The notes: generated from the letters alone by a model not told the origin. Positions 1 through 11,672 are shown, counted from the stretch's first letter. The stretch: DNA of 32,000 bases from a cyanobacterium endosymbiont of Epithemia turgida isolate EtSB Lake Yunoko (GCF_000829235.1 NZ_AP012549.1:2730001-2762000); one strand, 5' to 3'. Numbers and translations: made by a program.

Positions 1-2700
1 AGCAAAGGAACACGAGCTACTCAAGAAAAAATAGTTTCCTCCTTAAAACTGGATTATGAAACGTTTATTAATTCATCATATTTACGTCAAGGAAGAGCTG
101 ATGAATTTATGTTACGTCGTCCAACAGAACGGAAACAAATATTAGCAGATTTATTACAGCTTGAACAGTATCAAGAATTATCTAATAGAGCAAAAGATTT
201 ATCTAAACAATGTCAGGGACGATCTCAACAAATTGAATTGAGTCTAGTACCTATAAAAGAAAAACTAGAAAATATAAAATATATTCAAGAACAACAAGTA
301 ATCCTAGTAGAACAGATACAAAACCTTAAATTTAATCAAGACAAACAAAAAACTAAGCTCTGGCAACTTCAAGGAGAAGAACAGCAGAGAAAAACTTGGT
401 CTAACCAATTAGATTGGCAAGAACAACAATATAAGAAACTAGTAGAAGACAAACAAAGATTACAAAAGGAAAAGGATGAAATTAATCAACAAATGTATCG
501 TCTTATGATAATCATCAATCAAGAAGATAATATTATTAAAGGTCACCAGCAATTATCAGAATTACAAAAAGAAGAAAAAAGCTTATCTCTTAAGTTTAAA
601 GTTTATCAAGAACAAACTGAAAGAGAACAATTGTTAACCAGCAAGCTAAATAAAAAACATAGTGTAATTGAGTTGCAAATTCATCAAGCTAAAACTCAAT
701 TAGATATATTAGAACAACAGGAAAAAGAACTGCAGGATATTCTAAAGAATTCTGATGAAGTCAAAACTACTTTACAACATCTATATAATCATCGTAGACA
801 CTTATCTGAATTAGATAGATTACAGTATAAAGTTGCACCAATTCAACAAAGATACTACGGTTTGCAATCTGAAATTAAACAAGTTAAGGCTAATTTAAAA
901 GCCGAGCTAGAACAACTTTATATCTCTGAAACTGATTGTTTGAACCAAGTAGATAAAATTGCTAAAATACGGGAATCTGCACTAGAAATTTATACTAAGA
1001 TACAAAATCTTAATAATAAAAAAGTTTATCAAAAACGAGTGGAAGAAAAAGGTCAAAAACAAAGGGAGTATCAAGAAAGGCTCAGGGAAAATCAGCGGAT
1101 TTTTAAAGAAAAAATTGAAGAATTACAACAAAAACTACAAAAACTAAACCTCCCAAATTCGACTTGTCCTCTATGTGAACAGCCATTAAATGAAACTCAT
1201 CTGAATCATGTCATCAGTAAAACTAAATTACAGGAACAAGAAATTAAAGATAAAATTTTGATTTTACAAGAAAATATGTCCCTTGTAGAAAAAGAATTAA
1301 AAACACTGCGAGGAGAATTTACTCAATTAAATAAAGACTTAGCTGCTTATCCTTTATTACAGAAAAAGTTTGGACAATTAGAAGCACAACTAGAAACTAT
1401 TGAAGCAGTCAATTTTAAACTTAAACAAGTTAGAGACAAAATCAAAGAAATTGAACAAAAATTAAACCAAAATAGCTATGCTGTAGATTTACAATCTGAA
1501 CTTAATATTCTGAATCAAGAATTAAAATATCTCAATTATGACGAGCAAACCCATGTTTTAGTTAGAGGAGAAGTCGAACGATTGCGTAAAGCAGAAGTTA
1601 AACAAGCTAAATTAGAAGATGCAAATCACCGTCAGTCAATTATTTCACAACAAAAACCTCAACTTATTCAAAAAATATCTGTTCTTAAACAAGAAATCAA
1701 AGACTTGTATCAAACTTCAAAGATTAAACAAGAAATTGAGGAAATAAAACAATCAATTCAAAATTTAGGCTATAACAATCTGGATCACCAAAAATTACTA
1801 AAGTCTCTTCGTGAGTCCCAGTCTTGGGAACTAAAACTCCAAGAATTGCAACAAGCAAAACAACAATATCCCCAGTTACAAAACCGGTTAGAAATTGTAG
1901 AAATACGATTGAGCGATAACCTAACTGAACAAAAGAAAATTAAACAAGAAATTGATATCTTATCTTTTAAGATAAAATCTACAGTAGATCAAAGAGAAGT
2001 AATTGCTGTTCTAGAAAAAAGTATTCAGAGCCAACGACAAAAATTAGATGAATTATTAGCAAATAGAGGAAGATTAGAACAATCTATTTCTCAATTAGAA
2101 AGCCTTAAACAACAATATACTGATGATAAAAAACAGCTTAAAGATATCTATAGGAAATATCGTGTTTATACAGAATTAGCTAAAGCGTTTGGAAAAAACG
2201 GCATCCAAGCACTAATGATTGAAAATATTTTACCTCAATTAGAAGCTGAAACTAATCAAATTCTTACTCGATTAACGGATAATCAACTTCATATTCAATT
2301 CTTTACTCAAAGACAAGGACGTAGTGGTAGTTCTCGAAAGAAAACTACAAAAATTATTGAGACTTTAGATATTTTAATTTCTGATTTTCAAGGAACTCGT
2401 TCATATGAAACTTATTCGGGCGGGGAAGCATTTAGAATTAATTTTTCTATTCGTTTAGCTTTAGCAAAATTACTAGCACAACAGGCAGGAACTTCTGTAC
2501 AAATGCTCATTATTGATGAAGGATTTGGCACACAAGATGCTCAAGGTTGTGAGCAATTAATTGCTGCAATTAATGCTATCGCTTCAGACTTTTCTTGTAT
2601 TTTTAGTGTCACTCACATGCCGCGATTTAAAGAAGCTTTTCAATGTCGTATTGAAGTATATAAAGACAATCAAGGATCTCAATTAGAGTTAGTTAGTTGA
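1..2700 (+). CDS. sbcC: SbcC/Rad50-family double-strand-break repair ATPase, 5' end outside window
   Basis: Frame 1 is open from nt 1: SKGTRATQEKIVSSLKLDYETFINSSYLRQGRADEF precedes the listed Met at 109, so the gene starts upstream of the window. It has a long K/E/Q-rich coiled coil and a central CxxC zinc hook (STCPLCEQPL, codons 1165-1176). The C-terminus carries the ABC signature YSGGEAFRINFSIRLALA, Walker B MLIIDEGFG and H-loop SVTHM. Confidence 0.85.
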   Translation, partial: SKGTRATQEKIVSSLKLDYETFINSSYLRQGRADEFMLRRPTERKQILADLLQLEQYQELSNRAKDLSKQCQGRSQQIELSLVPIKEKLENIKYIQEQQVILVEQIQNLKFNQDKQKTKLWQLQGEEQQRKTWSNQLDWQEQQYKKLVEDKQRLQKEKDEINQQMYRLMIIINQEDNIIKGHQQLSELQKEEKSLSLKFKVYQEQTEREQLLTSKLNKKHSVIELQIHQAKTQLDILEQQEKELQDILKNSDEVKTTLQHLYNHRRHLSELDRLQYKVAPIQQRYYGLQSEIKQVKANLKAELEQLYISETDCLNQVDKIAKIRESALEIYTKIQNLNNKKVYQKRVEEKGQKQREYQERLRENQRIFKEKIEELQQKLQKLNLPNSTCPLCEQPLNETHLNHVISKTKLQEQEIKDKILILQENMSLVEKELKTLRGEFTQLNKDLAAYPLLQKKFGQLEAQLETIEAVNFKLKQVRDKIKEIEQKLNQNSYAVDLQSELNILNQELKYLNYDEQTHVLVRGEVERLRKAEVKQAKLEDANHRQSIISQQKPQLIQKISVLKQEIKDLYQTSKIKQEIEEIKQSIQNLGYNNLDHQKLLKSLRESQSWELKLQELQQAKQQYPQLQNRLEIVEIRLSDNLTEQKKIKQEIDILSFKIKSTVDQREVIAVLEKSIQSQRQKLDELLANRGRLEQSISQLESLKQQYTDDKKQLKDIYRKYRVYTELAKAFGKNGIQALMIENILPQLEAETNQILTRLTDNQLHIQFFTQRQGRSGSSRKKTTKIIETLDILISDFQGTRSYETYSGGEAFRINFSIRLALAKLLAQQAGTSVQMLIIDEGFGTQDAQGCEQLIAAINAIASDFSCIFSVTHMPRFKEAFQCRIEVYKDNQGSQLELVS

Positions 2701-2858
2701 GTAAGTAAATATCAATTAATATTTAAAAAGCAAATTATTTTGGATCTATATATTGTTTTAATTAATTTATTTTACAATAAATTTTTTTATAAATGTGTTT
2801 TTGCCGAACTGCCCATATAGAATAAACTAGTTAAATACTTATTTAAGAACCCTCAGAG

Positions 2859-4275
2859 TTAAAAATTAGTAAAATTTATGAATCCATAAGATCTCTTTTA
2901 AATTAACTCAAATTTATTGTTTATATCTTCTAATGTTCCTTGCTAAAAAGATAATATTTTTTCTTATTTAAAACCTCTTTAATAGCGTTTTATCCCTAAT
3001 TAGCAAGGTTTTCTATACCACTCAATTTATTTTAACAGTCTTGATACCTAGTTCTATTTTTTTTAGAATTATTCTAAATTCTTCTGATAATTGATGTATT
3101 TCTTAGAGACGGGTTTAATTTTATGAGTCTAGTTTAACTTATATATATTTCTTTGATGCTGGATTTGTTTAATCTTAACTTGATTTTTAAGTTCTATAGT
3201 TTATTATTTAAGAGGGTTTAAATTATTTAATTAAGTATTGACTTATTTGATGATGTGATATGTATTTGCTGCCACTTAAGTTTATGACATTAATTTATTC
3301 ATATTTATAGGATTTTATTAAATATAGAGAAATATTTTTAATCTTTTTTAAAGTTTCTTCCTCCCAAGCTTCTGACTATTTTGCTCCTTCTTAAAATTTT
3401 CCTGTTTTTCAATTATCACCATCATTTTTTGATATAAATCTACTAACACTACATAATACTAAATATAGTTATAAAAACTAACTTAGAATAAGAGGGCAAT
3501 AGTCTAGAGAGAAATGATGTATAGAAAATATTATTTAGTTCCACCTCTTAGTTTACTATCTTTTTAAGATAGCATTTTCTTTTTTAAAAATTTTATAAAT
3601 CAACTTTTTAAAAACCTTCTCTTAATATAATTAGAGTTGATTCTTATGAAAATAAAATTATCAACCAATAAACTGCCTAAAAAATTAGGTCACAAATTAA
3701 AATTAAAGACCAGCAGATAGGCAAATATAGACATAAACGACAGTAGTCGATTGGACAGGTAGAGAAAATGATATTACTCAAAAAAGTTTAAGATCAAAAT
3801 ATATAGCCTTTCGAACAAGAAATATTTATTAAAAATAAAACTTTTTTAATAAAAAACTAGATAAAAGATATTCAGAAGTTGAAATAGATATATAGCTATA
3901 TCAATAAATAAAAAAAAAATTAAAAATTATATCAATGATAATGAGTTAAATTTTCCGTATTTTTTTCATGATAGTATGGCAATTAAATTTAGTATGATAA
4001 CTTCCCTGTCTTTTAATTATAGCAATTTAATCAAATGTAAACTATTTCAACTGCTACGGTTTTGATATCTGTAATTTTTGACCTAAATCTTCAAGTATTA
4101 TTTCTATTTTTTGTTCAATAACTCCATTGACGATGATTAACCCTGAGATTGACGGCGCTCTCTTCTCAAGGCAAAGCCAATCTTCGATAGTTAATTTATT
4201 GTTTTCATGGAATTTATGGTGGCTGAACCAAAATAAATCCAAGTTTCTATTCGGTCTATTTTTTTGACAAATCAA
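2859..4275 (-). mobile_element. Decayed ISL3-family transposase gene, relic copy A (many stops and frameshifts)
   Basis: Minus-strand translation ending at the stop 2861-2859 reads EKILSF*QGTLEDINNKFELI*KRSYGFINFTNF*. This matches the ISL3 transposase C-terminal signature (E-G-x-N-N-K-I-K-x-x-K-R-x-x-Y-G-F-R-N-F-x-N-F). Nt 2883-2963 align with copy B 16419-16499 at roughly three quarters identity by hand, and 3263-3294 align with 16845-16876. The upstream extent is inferred from typical transposase length. The 73-aa ORF 4054-4275 (..SGLIIVNGVIEQKIEIILE..) may be the N-terminal remnant. Confidence 0.55.
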
Positions 4276-4324
4276 ACTATTCCTAAATGGAATCTACACC
4301 ATAATTATGTTTTTGACAAACTCA
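4261..4324 (+). repeat. Two direct copies of a TTTTTGACAAA(T/C) motif 49 bp apart, possible IS end remnants
   Basis: tttttgacaaatcaaac at 4261-4277 and tttttgacaaactcatc at 4310-4326. The same core recurs at 19668-19678 and, inverted, at 19540-19550 and 26692-26702. Confidence 0.4.
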
Positions 4325-4717
4325 TCATTGATAATTAAAATTTTTCTTTATTTTATATTTTTTGTATTCACATAACAGGTTCAGTATAAACTGTTTTAAG
4401 ACATTAAATAATTGTTGACTATTATCAGTTCTTTTATTCTTTTCTAAGCTCTCCCTCTTTAAGGGATATTATACCTTTATTCTTGCCAAATTATTTATTT
4501 TTACTTCTCGGATAATCCAACAATTATTCTTTTCCTCTAATTATTGATACAGAAATTATTTCCTTAAAAGATATTTTTTAATATATTTATCAAATCTGCA
4601 ATTTTTTTACTGTTCCATCCTCTTAAACTTAAACATCAGTGCCAAAACTTATTGGTCTTATTCAATTTATTTTAAATAATTAAGATCAACCTGCTAATTA
4701 TTTTTAAATAAATTAAA

Positions 4718-6211
4718 TCACGTTTTTGCTTCTTCCACAAGGAGCTTAGAGCGCTTAACTATTTCGGGAATGCTAATAGGATAGTCTCCGGTAAAACAAG
4801 CAGAACAGAAACTATTGGGATCTTCTTCCGTTACTTCTAACATTCCTTGCCAGCTCAGATAAGCCAAAGAATCTACTCCTATTTGTCTTCCAATATCAGC
4901 AACAGATTTGGTGGCTGCTACTAGTTGAGTTTGGCTATCAGTATCAATCCCATAAAAACATGGATGAGTAACAGGGGCGGAAGAAATCCTCATATGTATT
5001 TCTTTAGCACCAGCATCACGCAAGGCTTTGACAATTTTACGACTAGTGGTTCCTCGTACAATAGAATCATCTACTATAATCACTCGTTTGTCTACAAGTA
5101 CATCTTTAAGGGTATTCAACTTCATTTTAATCCCCAACTCTCGCATCTGTTGAGTGGGTTGGATAAACGTCCTTCCTACATAACGATTTTTTATTAATCC
5201 TTCCCCGTAAGGAATTTCTGTTACCTGGGAAAATCCAATAGCTGCGGGAATACCAGAATCAGGAACTCCCATCACTAAATCAGCTTCAACAGTAGATTCT
5301 CGCGCCAATTGTCGCCCTAAACGTACCCGATAACTGTACAGAGTTTCACCGTGCATTATGCTATCAGGACGAGAAAAATAAATCATTTCAAAAATACATA
5401 ATTTCCGTTTCGGTTGAATTACCCAGTGGAAAGATGATAAGCCATTTTCGGTAATCCAAACTAATTCCCCTGGTTCTACATCCCGTAGATAGTCTGCTCC
5501 AATAATGTCTAAGGCACAAGTTTCTGAGGCAAGGACATAACGAACAGGATCTCCTTCCAAAATGCCGATAACTAAGGGACGAATACCGTTAGGATCTCTT
5601 ACTCCCATTAATCCCACTGGAGTTCCAATAGCTAAGCTATAGGCTCCAGAACACAGTTGAAACGCACTAATAGCTGCTTCTAACCACTCTTTTCCCTTAT
5701 CAACTTCTTGGGCAATTGCCACTGCAATCATCTCTGAATCGGTGCTGGTATTAAAGTTACAGCCTCGTTTTGTGAGGATCTGACGTAACTCTAGAGTGTT
5801 AACAAGGTTGCCGTTGTGTGCTAGAGCTAGATGACCTAAACGGGTGTTGAGAACAGCAGGTTGAGCGTTAGCTTTTTGACTAGATCCTGTAGTTGAATAG
5901 CGGGTGTGTCCAATGGCTATTTTCCCAGTCAATTTATTTAAAGTAGATTCTTTAAAAACTTGGGCAACTAACCCCATGTCCTTGTGAATGTGAACACGAT
6001 TTCCATCTAAAGTGGCAATTCCAGCCGATTCTTGTCCTCGATGCTGCAGGGCATAAAGTCCAAAATATGTTAGTTTTGCAACACTTTTTTCGGGGGCATA
6101 AAGTCCAAAAACACCACAGGCTTCTTCGAGTTTTTCAGAGAATCGATAGAGAGGGTTAATGGTATCAGTCAGTTGCTGATGAGCATTAAGAATCTGATCG
6201 TTAGCGGTCAT
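4718..6211 (-). CDS. purF: Amidophosphoribosyltransferase (glutamine PRPP amidotransferase)
   Basis: 497 aa. A propeptide is followed by the Ntn nucleophile CGVFG. It has the PRTase motif VIIVDDSIVRGTT and Cys residues of the 4Fe-4S type (CFYGID, CSACFTGDYP). AGGAG lies about 14 nt upstream of the ATG. Confidence 0.95.
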   Translation of the reverse strand: MTANDQILNAHQQLTDTINPLYRFSEKLEEACGVFGLYAPEKSVAKLTYFGLYALQHRGQESAGIATLDGNRVHIHKDMGLVAQVFKESTLNKLTGKIAIGHTRYSTTGSSQKANAQPAVLNTRLGHLALAHNGNLVNTLELRQILTKRGCNFNTSTDSEMIAVAIAQEVDKGKEWLEAAISAFQLCSGAYSLAIGTPVGLMGVRDPNGIRPLVIGILEGDPVRYVLASETCALDIIGADYLRDVEPGELVWITENGLSSFHWVIQPKRKLCIFEMIYFSRPDSIMHGETLYSYRVRLGRQLARESTVEADLVMGVPDSGIPAAIGFSQVTEIPYGEGLIKNRYVGRTFIQPTQQMRELGIKMKLNTLKDVLVDKRVIIVDDSIVRGTTSRKIVKALRDAGAKEIHMRISSAPVTHPCFYGIDTDSQTQLVAATKSVADIGRQIGVDSLAYLSWQGMLEVTEEDPNSFCSACFTGDYPISIPEIVKRSKLLVEEAKT

Positions 6212-6623
6212 GGATAGGATTTTGCTCCTGAAAGAGGCGGGTCTGGTAACTCTTGCTCAAATCGGTCCAGTAAAGAATACACGAACATGCTTTAACAGCT
6301 CTTTAACTTAATCTCTTACCAAAGTTTTTATCTAAGGTTAAACGATTATAGGGTGTAGCCCTCTAATTTGTATAGACCAGTGATACTAACTTTAAACTAT
6401 TGTCGAGCATCCAATATTAATTAGATGCTTGACAATACCGACTAAATTTTTATAAAAACTATTATAACGTGAGTCAACAATCTGCTATTAATTGTACTTC
6501 TGCATATTTTTTTCTATCTTTATAAAATTTAATTAATGAGAACGAGAACACTAAGCTGTGTTTAAACATTTAAAAAACTTAAGTATAAAAGTCTATTGGA
6601 GACGTTTATGCTTTTATTTAAGT

Positions 6624-8930
6624 TTAAACTTTCAACTTTCTTTCAATTGCCGTTGACCAGAGTTTAAGCATCTGCTTGATATCTAAGTTAACCAAAGACA
6701 AGTTGTCAGAAGCAGTGATATTTAAACTTTTAGCGGAGGTTTGACCTATTTTTTGCCAATTTTTACCTAACTCTTGATTTAAATAGGTTTCCAATTTATT
6801 TTGATTGATGAGGCTAACAGAAACAATTATTTGTCCAGTTACTTCTCCAAATAATAATTCATCAAGTCGTTTCTCATCTTCCACTTGTAGGAAAATCTCT
6901 GCTCCTAATCTGCCACTAATGCAACATTCTGCCAAGGCAACACCTAGTCCACCTTCTGAACAATCATGAGCAGATTGTACCCAACCTTGACGAATGGCAT
7001 TACGGCATACTTTTTGTACTAATATTTCAGTATTAATGTTTACTTTAGGTGGCTTCCCTGCTACTATCCCGTGCAAGCTAGCTAAATATTCTGACCCCCC
7101 TAAGGTAGGTTTATTTCCTATTCCCAAAACATAAATTAAATCCCCTACTTTTTGCCACCCTTGACTACATATTTTGGTGATGTCAGGAATTAAACCCACC
7201 ATGCCTATGACTGGAGTAGGATAAACAGGCTGAGGTTTTCCGGCAGAATCAAGGGTTTCATTGTAAAGGGAAACATTTCCTCCAGTCACCGGAGTATTTA
7301 AATCTCGACAAGCTTCAGAAATACCCTCACAAGCTAAAGCTAATTGCCAATATCCAGTAGGGTTTTCAGGACTACCAAAATTGAGATTATCCGTAACTGC
7401 TAAAGGTTCTGCGCCCACACAACTTAAATTTCTAGCAGCCTCAGCTACGGCGGCTTTCGCCCCTTCGTAGGGGTCAAGATAAACATAACGGGAATTACAG
7501 TCAGTAGTAGCCGCAATCCCAATCTGACAGGTGTTTGGGTTTGCTTCAATAGGACGAATACGAATTATCGCCGCATCAGCTTCTCCAGGCAAGATCACAG
7601 TATTATTCTGAACCTGGTGATCATATTGACTATAGACCCATTTTTTTGAGGCAATAGTGGGAGTATCTAATAGGTCTAAAAGAATTTCATTCCAAGTCTT
7701 CAATTGCCCGTTAATCTCAATCCCATTTACTGTGCAATCAGGTAAATTTTTAGCTGTCCACTGCCAAGCCTTTTGGACATACTTAGGGGGATTGTCTGGT
7801 AGTTTTCGATGATAAATAGGAGTATTATTGACTAAGGCCGTAGCTGGAATTTCAGCAGCAATTTCTCCTTTAAATAATATCCTAACAATGGGTTCACTAA
7901 TAACGGTTCCTGCAACCACTGCTTGCAGTTCCCAACGGTGAAAAATCTCAATTAATTCTTGTTCCCTACCTTTTTTGACAACAAATAACATCCTTTCTTG
8001 AGACTCTGACAACAGGTATTCGTAGGGAACCATTCCGGTTTCTCGTACAGGAATTTTATCTAAGTCTAATTCAACTCCCACCTCTCCATTAGCTGCCATT
8101 TCTGAGGTGGAACAGGTAATTCCTGCTGCACCCATATCCTGGGCGGCGACAACTGCACCGGTTTTAAAGGCTTCCAAACAAGCTTCAATTAAAGATTTTT
8201 CTAAAAAAGGATCTCCAACCTGTACTGCAGGGCGATCATCGATAGATTGGACCGTCAGTTCCGCACTAGCAAAACTCGCTCCTCTCATGCCATCTCTTCC
8301 AGTAGTTGAACCGACGTATAAAACTGGGTTGCCAATGCCTGATGCCCCAGATTTAATAATTTCGGAAGTTTCCATCAACCCCAGGGCCATAACGTTAACT
8401 AGAGGATTGCCGCTATAAGCAGTATCAAAATAAATTTCACCTCCTATAGTAGGAACTCCAACTGCATTTCCATAATGAGAGATTCCTTCAACTATCCCGA
8501 TAAATAATTTTCGGGTTTTGGCGTCTTCCAAATTACCAAAGCGCAGAGAGTTCAAACAAGCTATAGGACGCGCTCCCATTGTAAAAATGTCTCTGAGGAT
8601 ACCACCGACCCCTGTGGCTGCCCCTTGAAAAGGCTCGACCGCAGAAGGATGGTTATGGGATTCAATTTTAAAAGCTAATTGTAGTCCATCCTCCAAATTT
8701 ACGACCCCTGCATTTTCTCCTGGTCCAACGAGAATGCGATCTCCTTTTGTGGGGAATTGTTTTAGCAAGGGGCGAGAATTTTTATAGCAACAGTGTTCTG
8801 ACCACATAACCCCAAACATTCCTAATTCCGCCTTGTTAGGATGGCGTCCTAGTCTTTGAACAATTTCTTCATATTCCTGAGGTTTGATACCTTCTGCGGC
8901 GATTTCTTCTGAGTCAAAGGGGTTAATCAT
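6624..8930 (-). CDS. purL: Phosphoribosylformylglycinamidine synthase subunit PurL (FGAM synthase II)
   Basis: Family motifs are [24 protein letters not shown] and DCSEGGL. The ORF opens at 8978, but the conserved N-terminus begins at Met17 ([23 protein letters not shown]), with its ATG at 8930-8928. I therefore place the start there. Confidence 0.93.
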   Translation of the reverse strand: MINPFDSEEIAAEGIKPQEYEEIVQRLGRHPNKAELGMFGVMWSEHCCYKNSRPLLKQFPTKGDRILVGPGENAGVVNLEDGLQLAFKIESHNHPSAVEPFQGAATGVGGILRDIFTMGARPIACLNSLRFGNLEDAKTRKLFIGIVEGISHYGNAVGVPTIGGEIYFDTAYSGNPLVNVMALGLMETSEIIKSGASGIGNPVLYVGSTTGRDGMRGASFASAELTVQSIDDRPAVQVGDPFLEKSLIEACLEAFKTGAVVAAQDMGAAGITCSTSEMAANGEVGVELDLDKIPVRETGMVPYEYLLSESQERMLFVVKKGREQELIEIFHRWELQAVVAGTVISEPIVRILFKGEIAAEIPATALVNNTPIYHRKLPDNPPKYVQKAWQWTAKNLPDCTVNGIEINGQLKTWNEILLDLLDTPTIASKKWVYSQYDHQVQNNTVILPGEADAAIIRIRPIEANPNTCQIGIAATTDCNSRYVYLDPYEGAKAAVAEAARNLSCVGAEPLAVTDNLNFGSPENPTGYWQLALACEGISEACRDLNTPVTGGNVSLYNETLDSAGKPQPVYPTPVIGMVGLIPDITKICSQGWQKVGDLIYVLGIGNKPTLGGSEYLASLHGIVAGKPPKVNINTEILVQKVCRNAIRQGWVQSAHDCSEGGLGVALAECCISGRLGAEIFLQVEDEKRLDELLFGEVTGQIIVSVSLINQNKLETYLNQELGKNWQKIGQTSAKSLNITASDNLSLVNLDIKQMLKLWSTAIERKLKV

Positions 8931-9359
8931 AGAGGACTGCTTTAGGAGAACAGGGGTAATGGTGAGACAACATAGCAATCACCATTTAGAACTTGCCAGT
9001 AGGATTAATCACTGGTCATTTAGTTTAAACTTATTCTTTCGTTATTGCTTGATTTTCTAGTTCAAAATTTTCATTACTCTGTTTGAAAAAAAGTAGTAAG
9101 AATTTTTTCAACAAGAATTACAACAATGTATGACTGATGATGTATCTCAGTATGATACATCATTAATGACCACGATTACATTATAATCAGTTCTGCTATT
9201 AGTCGTGTAAAACTATATATTACTGATGTTACATAGTGATATAACTAATATTTTTTGTTCTATATAAATAGGTTTAACCTTCTAAATAAATATTGGCATC
9301 TTATATTATTAGATATTCATTAATATATATATGGTTACTTTGCTGTTGCTACTTTGCGA

Positions 9360-9722
9360 GGGTTACTTAAGCAGTCATTTATTATGAAATTGATGTTTGA
9401 GAATTTAAAAAGTAATTAATTTTTTATTTTTTGTATTTTCGCGTAAAACCCTAAAATTACAGGAGCTGAGTAACAATAGATGTTAGCAAATTTAACTTCA
9501 AGAGTCGGATATTTAATCCATAACAAATGTCTATAATTTAACAGAAAAAAGCTTTAATACAGACGTTAATATAATGAGTATCCTGAATGTTTAAAGCATA
9601 TTTATAGTAACTTTTATAAGAAGAAACACTAGATATCACTTTATAAAAAATAATAACAATAAATTGGGATTGACCAAATAACTATAGCAGTATATTCAAG
9701 AATATAGTAATTTTAATACTAA
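9360..9722 (+). mobile_element. Decayed, 5'-truncated ISL3-type transposase relic, copy D
   Basis: Nt 9649-9720 (aataataacaataaattgggattgaccaaataactatagcagtatattcaagaatatagtaattttaatact) align with the C-terminal block of copies A-C. The translation is NNNNKLGLTK*L*QYIQEYSNFNT. A second anchor near 9367 (acttaagcagtca) resembles copy A acttaagtggcagca. purL begins at 8930, so at most ~790 nt of the element can remain. Confidence 0.4.
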
Positions 9723-10035
9723 AATTTTTACTAAATTTAGTATTAAGTGGATCTAAAAAAAACAACATAAATACTACTTAAATAAGTTTTAAAAAATAGT
9801 TATAATCAGGCTTACAACCTACAAAGAGATTAAAGATAAATTATGCTTATATCAATATAAATTTTTAGGATTATATCAATATTTTAATTCACAAAATAAT
9901 ATAGAAGACTTGAAAGCCGAGAAACTAAATATAGAGAGAAAAGTAGGAACATTTATTTAAAAGTATATGTAATACTCTAGCTACTTTCAAATAAATGTTC
10001 CCTGAACCCGTAATATAGTGTTTAGCAAGATTTAA

Positions 10036-10806
<771 letters not shown>

Positions 10807-10855
10807 GAAATGGTTGATAATTAATAGTAGTGACCAGTTGTCAGTAATGCGGTGA

Positions 10856-11145
10856 CTGGTCAACTTATGTGTTAGACAACAAATCTATGATAAAAGGGCA
10901 GCTAAGTTAATTGATGATGATAAAAAAAGAGAAATAGCACAAGTTATACACTTCGCCAATAATGAAGTACATGTTGCTTACGATAGGCTTAGTCAGATAA
11001 CTTCTGAGACGGAGAGTAATGTTAATGTACGGTTTAGATATAGGGGACAGGAATTAGATCAAGAGATAAGACTTTATTATTATCGTATGCGATTTTTATG
11101 AATCTAAAACTGGACAGTTTATTAGTGAATATTCCATGGGGTTTA
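10856..11145 (+). pseudogene. Fragment of an RHS/YD-repeat protein gene (end of the repeat core), start-less and frameshifted
   Basis: An open frame without ATG reads ..QIYDKRAAKLIDDDKKREIAQVIHFANNEVHVAYDRLSQITSETESNVNVRFRYRGQELDQEIRLYYYRMRFL*. After a +1 shift it continues YESKTGQFISEYSMG. This matches YD repeats (Y-x-Y-D-x-x-G-x-L) and the RHS core end (F-T-G-Q-E-x-D-x-E-T-G-L-Y-Y-Y-R-A-R-Y-Y-D-P-x-T-G-R-F-I-S-E-D-P-I-G). Confidence 0.6.
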
Positions 11146-11486
11146 GAAGTGTATATATGAATATATATCAAAATTCTTAATTATAGCGAGCCTAATATGT
11201 CAATATACAAAATATAAAAAAAAATAATTATCAATAGTAGGTATGTCAAAATATATAACTATTTTGTGCTCAACTCTGCCTTTCCACTGGCTTAATACCT
11301 ATAGCACTAAATACTAAACTTAATTTAATTGAAACGAAAACCCTGATATAACAATGTCTATATAATAACTATAGCTATTATAAGCTTATGATTAATAATT
11401 ACACTTTGTTTATATATTTTATTTTTTTATACAAAAGGTTGGGTGAAATTTAATAAACAAAAATTAAAAGTATTGATACACAAAGT

Positions 11487-11526
11487 TTCCAGAATCACCA
11501 ATAATTAATTTTTGGTGATTCTGGAA
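11487..11526. repeat. Perfect 15-bp-stem hairpin (ttccagaatcaccaa / ttggtgattctggaa, 10-nt loop)
   Basis: Direct reading gives arms at 11487-11501 and 11512-11526. It lies ~150 nt downstream of the clpB stop. No U-tract follows on either strand. Confidence 0.8.
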
Positions 11527-11672
11527 TGCAGAATATAGTCAAAATTAAGAGGTTTACAAGTTATCAGATACTGAAGCTATCATTCTTAGTATAGAAAGAT
11601 AGCTATCTATTTTAACTTCTAGTCTCTAGTTTTTATTAGATAGGATAAATCTTATCTACTTTATCAGTTCAA

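Noticed and set aside
1-2700. SbcC-like ATPase as part of a defence system (Lamassu/Wadjet/OLD-like SMC ATPase)
   Set aside because: The FINSSYLRQG motif, the CxxC hook and the C-terminal ABC motifs fit canonical SbcC. The upstream partner, expected to be sbcD, lies outside the window, and downstream is dead IS DNA. Nothing here supports a defence operon.
4054-4275. 73-aa minus-strand ORF treated as an independent gene
   Set aside because: There is no SD, and it lies where the N-terminus of the decayed ISL3 transposase (copy A) is expected. It is better explained as a surviving open stretch of that pseudogene.
4925-5197. 90-aa + strand ORF inside purF
   Set aside because: It lies entirely antisense to the well-supported purF frame. 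It has no motif and no ribosome-binding site, so it is a shadow ORF.
6399-6436. 13-bp-stem hairpin (attgtcgagcatc / gatgcttgacaat) between purL and purF as a terminator or attenuator
   Set aside because: Both genes are on the minus strand, where the single G-U pair becomes a C-A mismatch. No U-tract follows. It is likely fortuitous or a relic.
8107-8418. 103-aa + strand ORF inside purL
   Set aside because: It is antisense to the conserved purL coding sequence. Its Ala/Pro/Ser-rich text is typical of the reverse frame of a GC-richer gene.
8931-8978. 16-codon N-terminal extension of purL ([16 protein letters not shown])
   Set aside because: The conserved PurL N-terminus starts at the next Met, and the extension has no counterpart in the family as I recall it. 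I kept it only as an alternative start.
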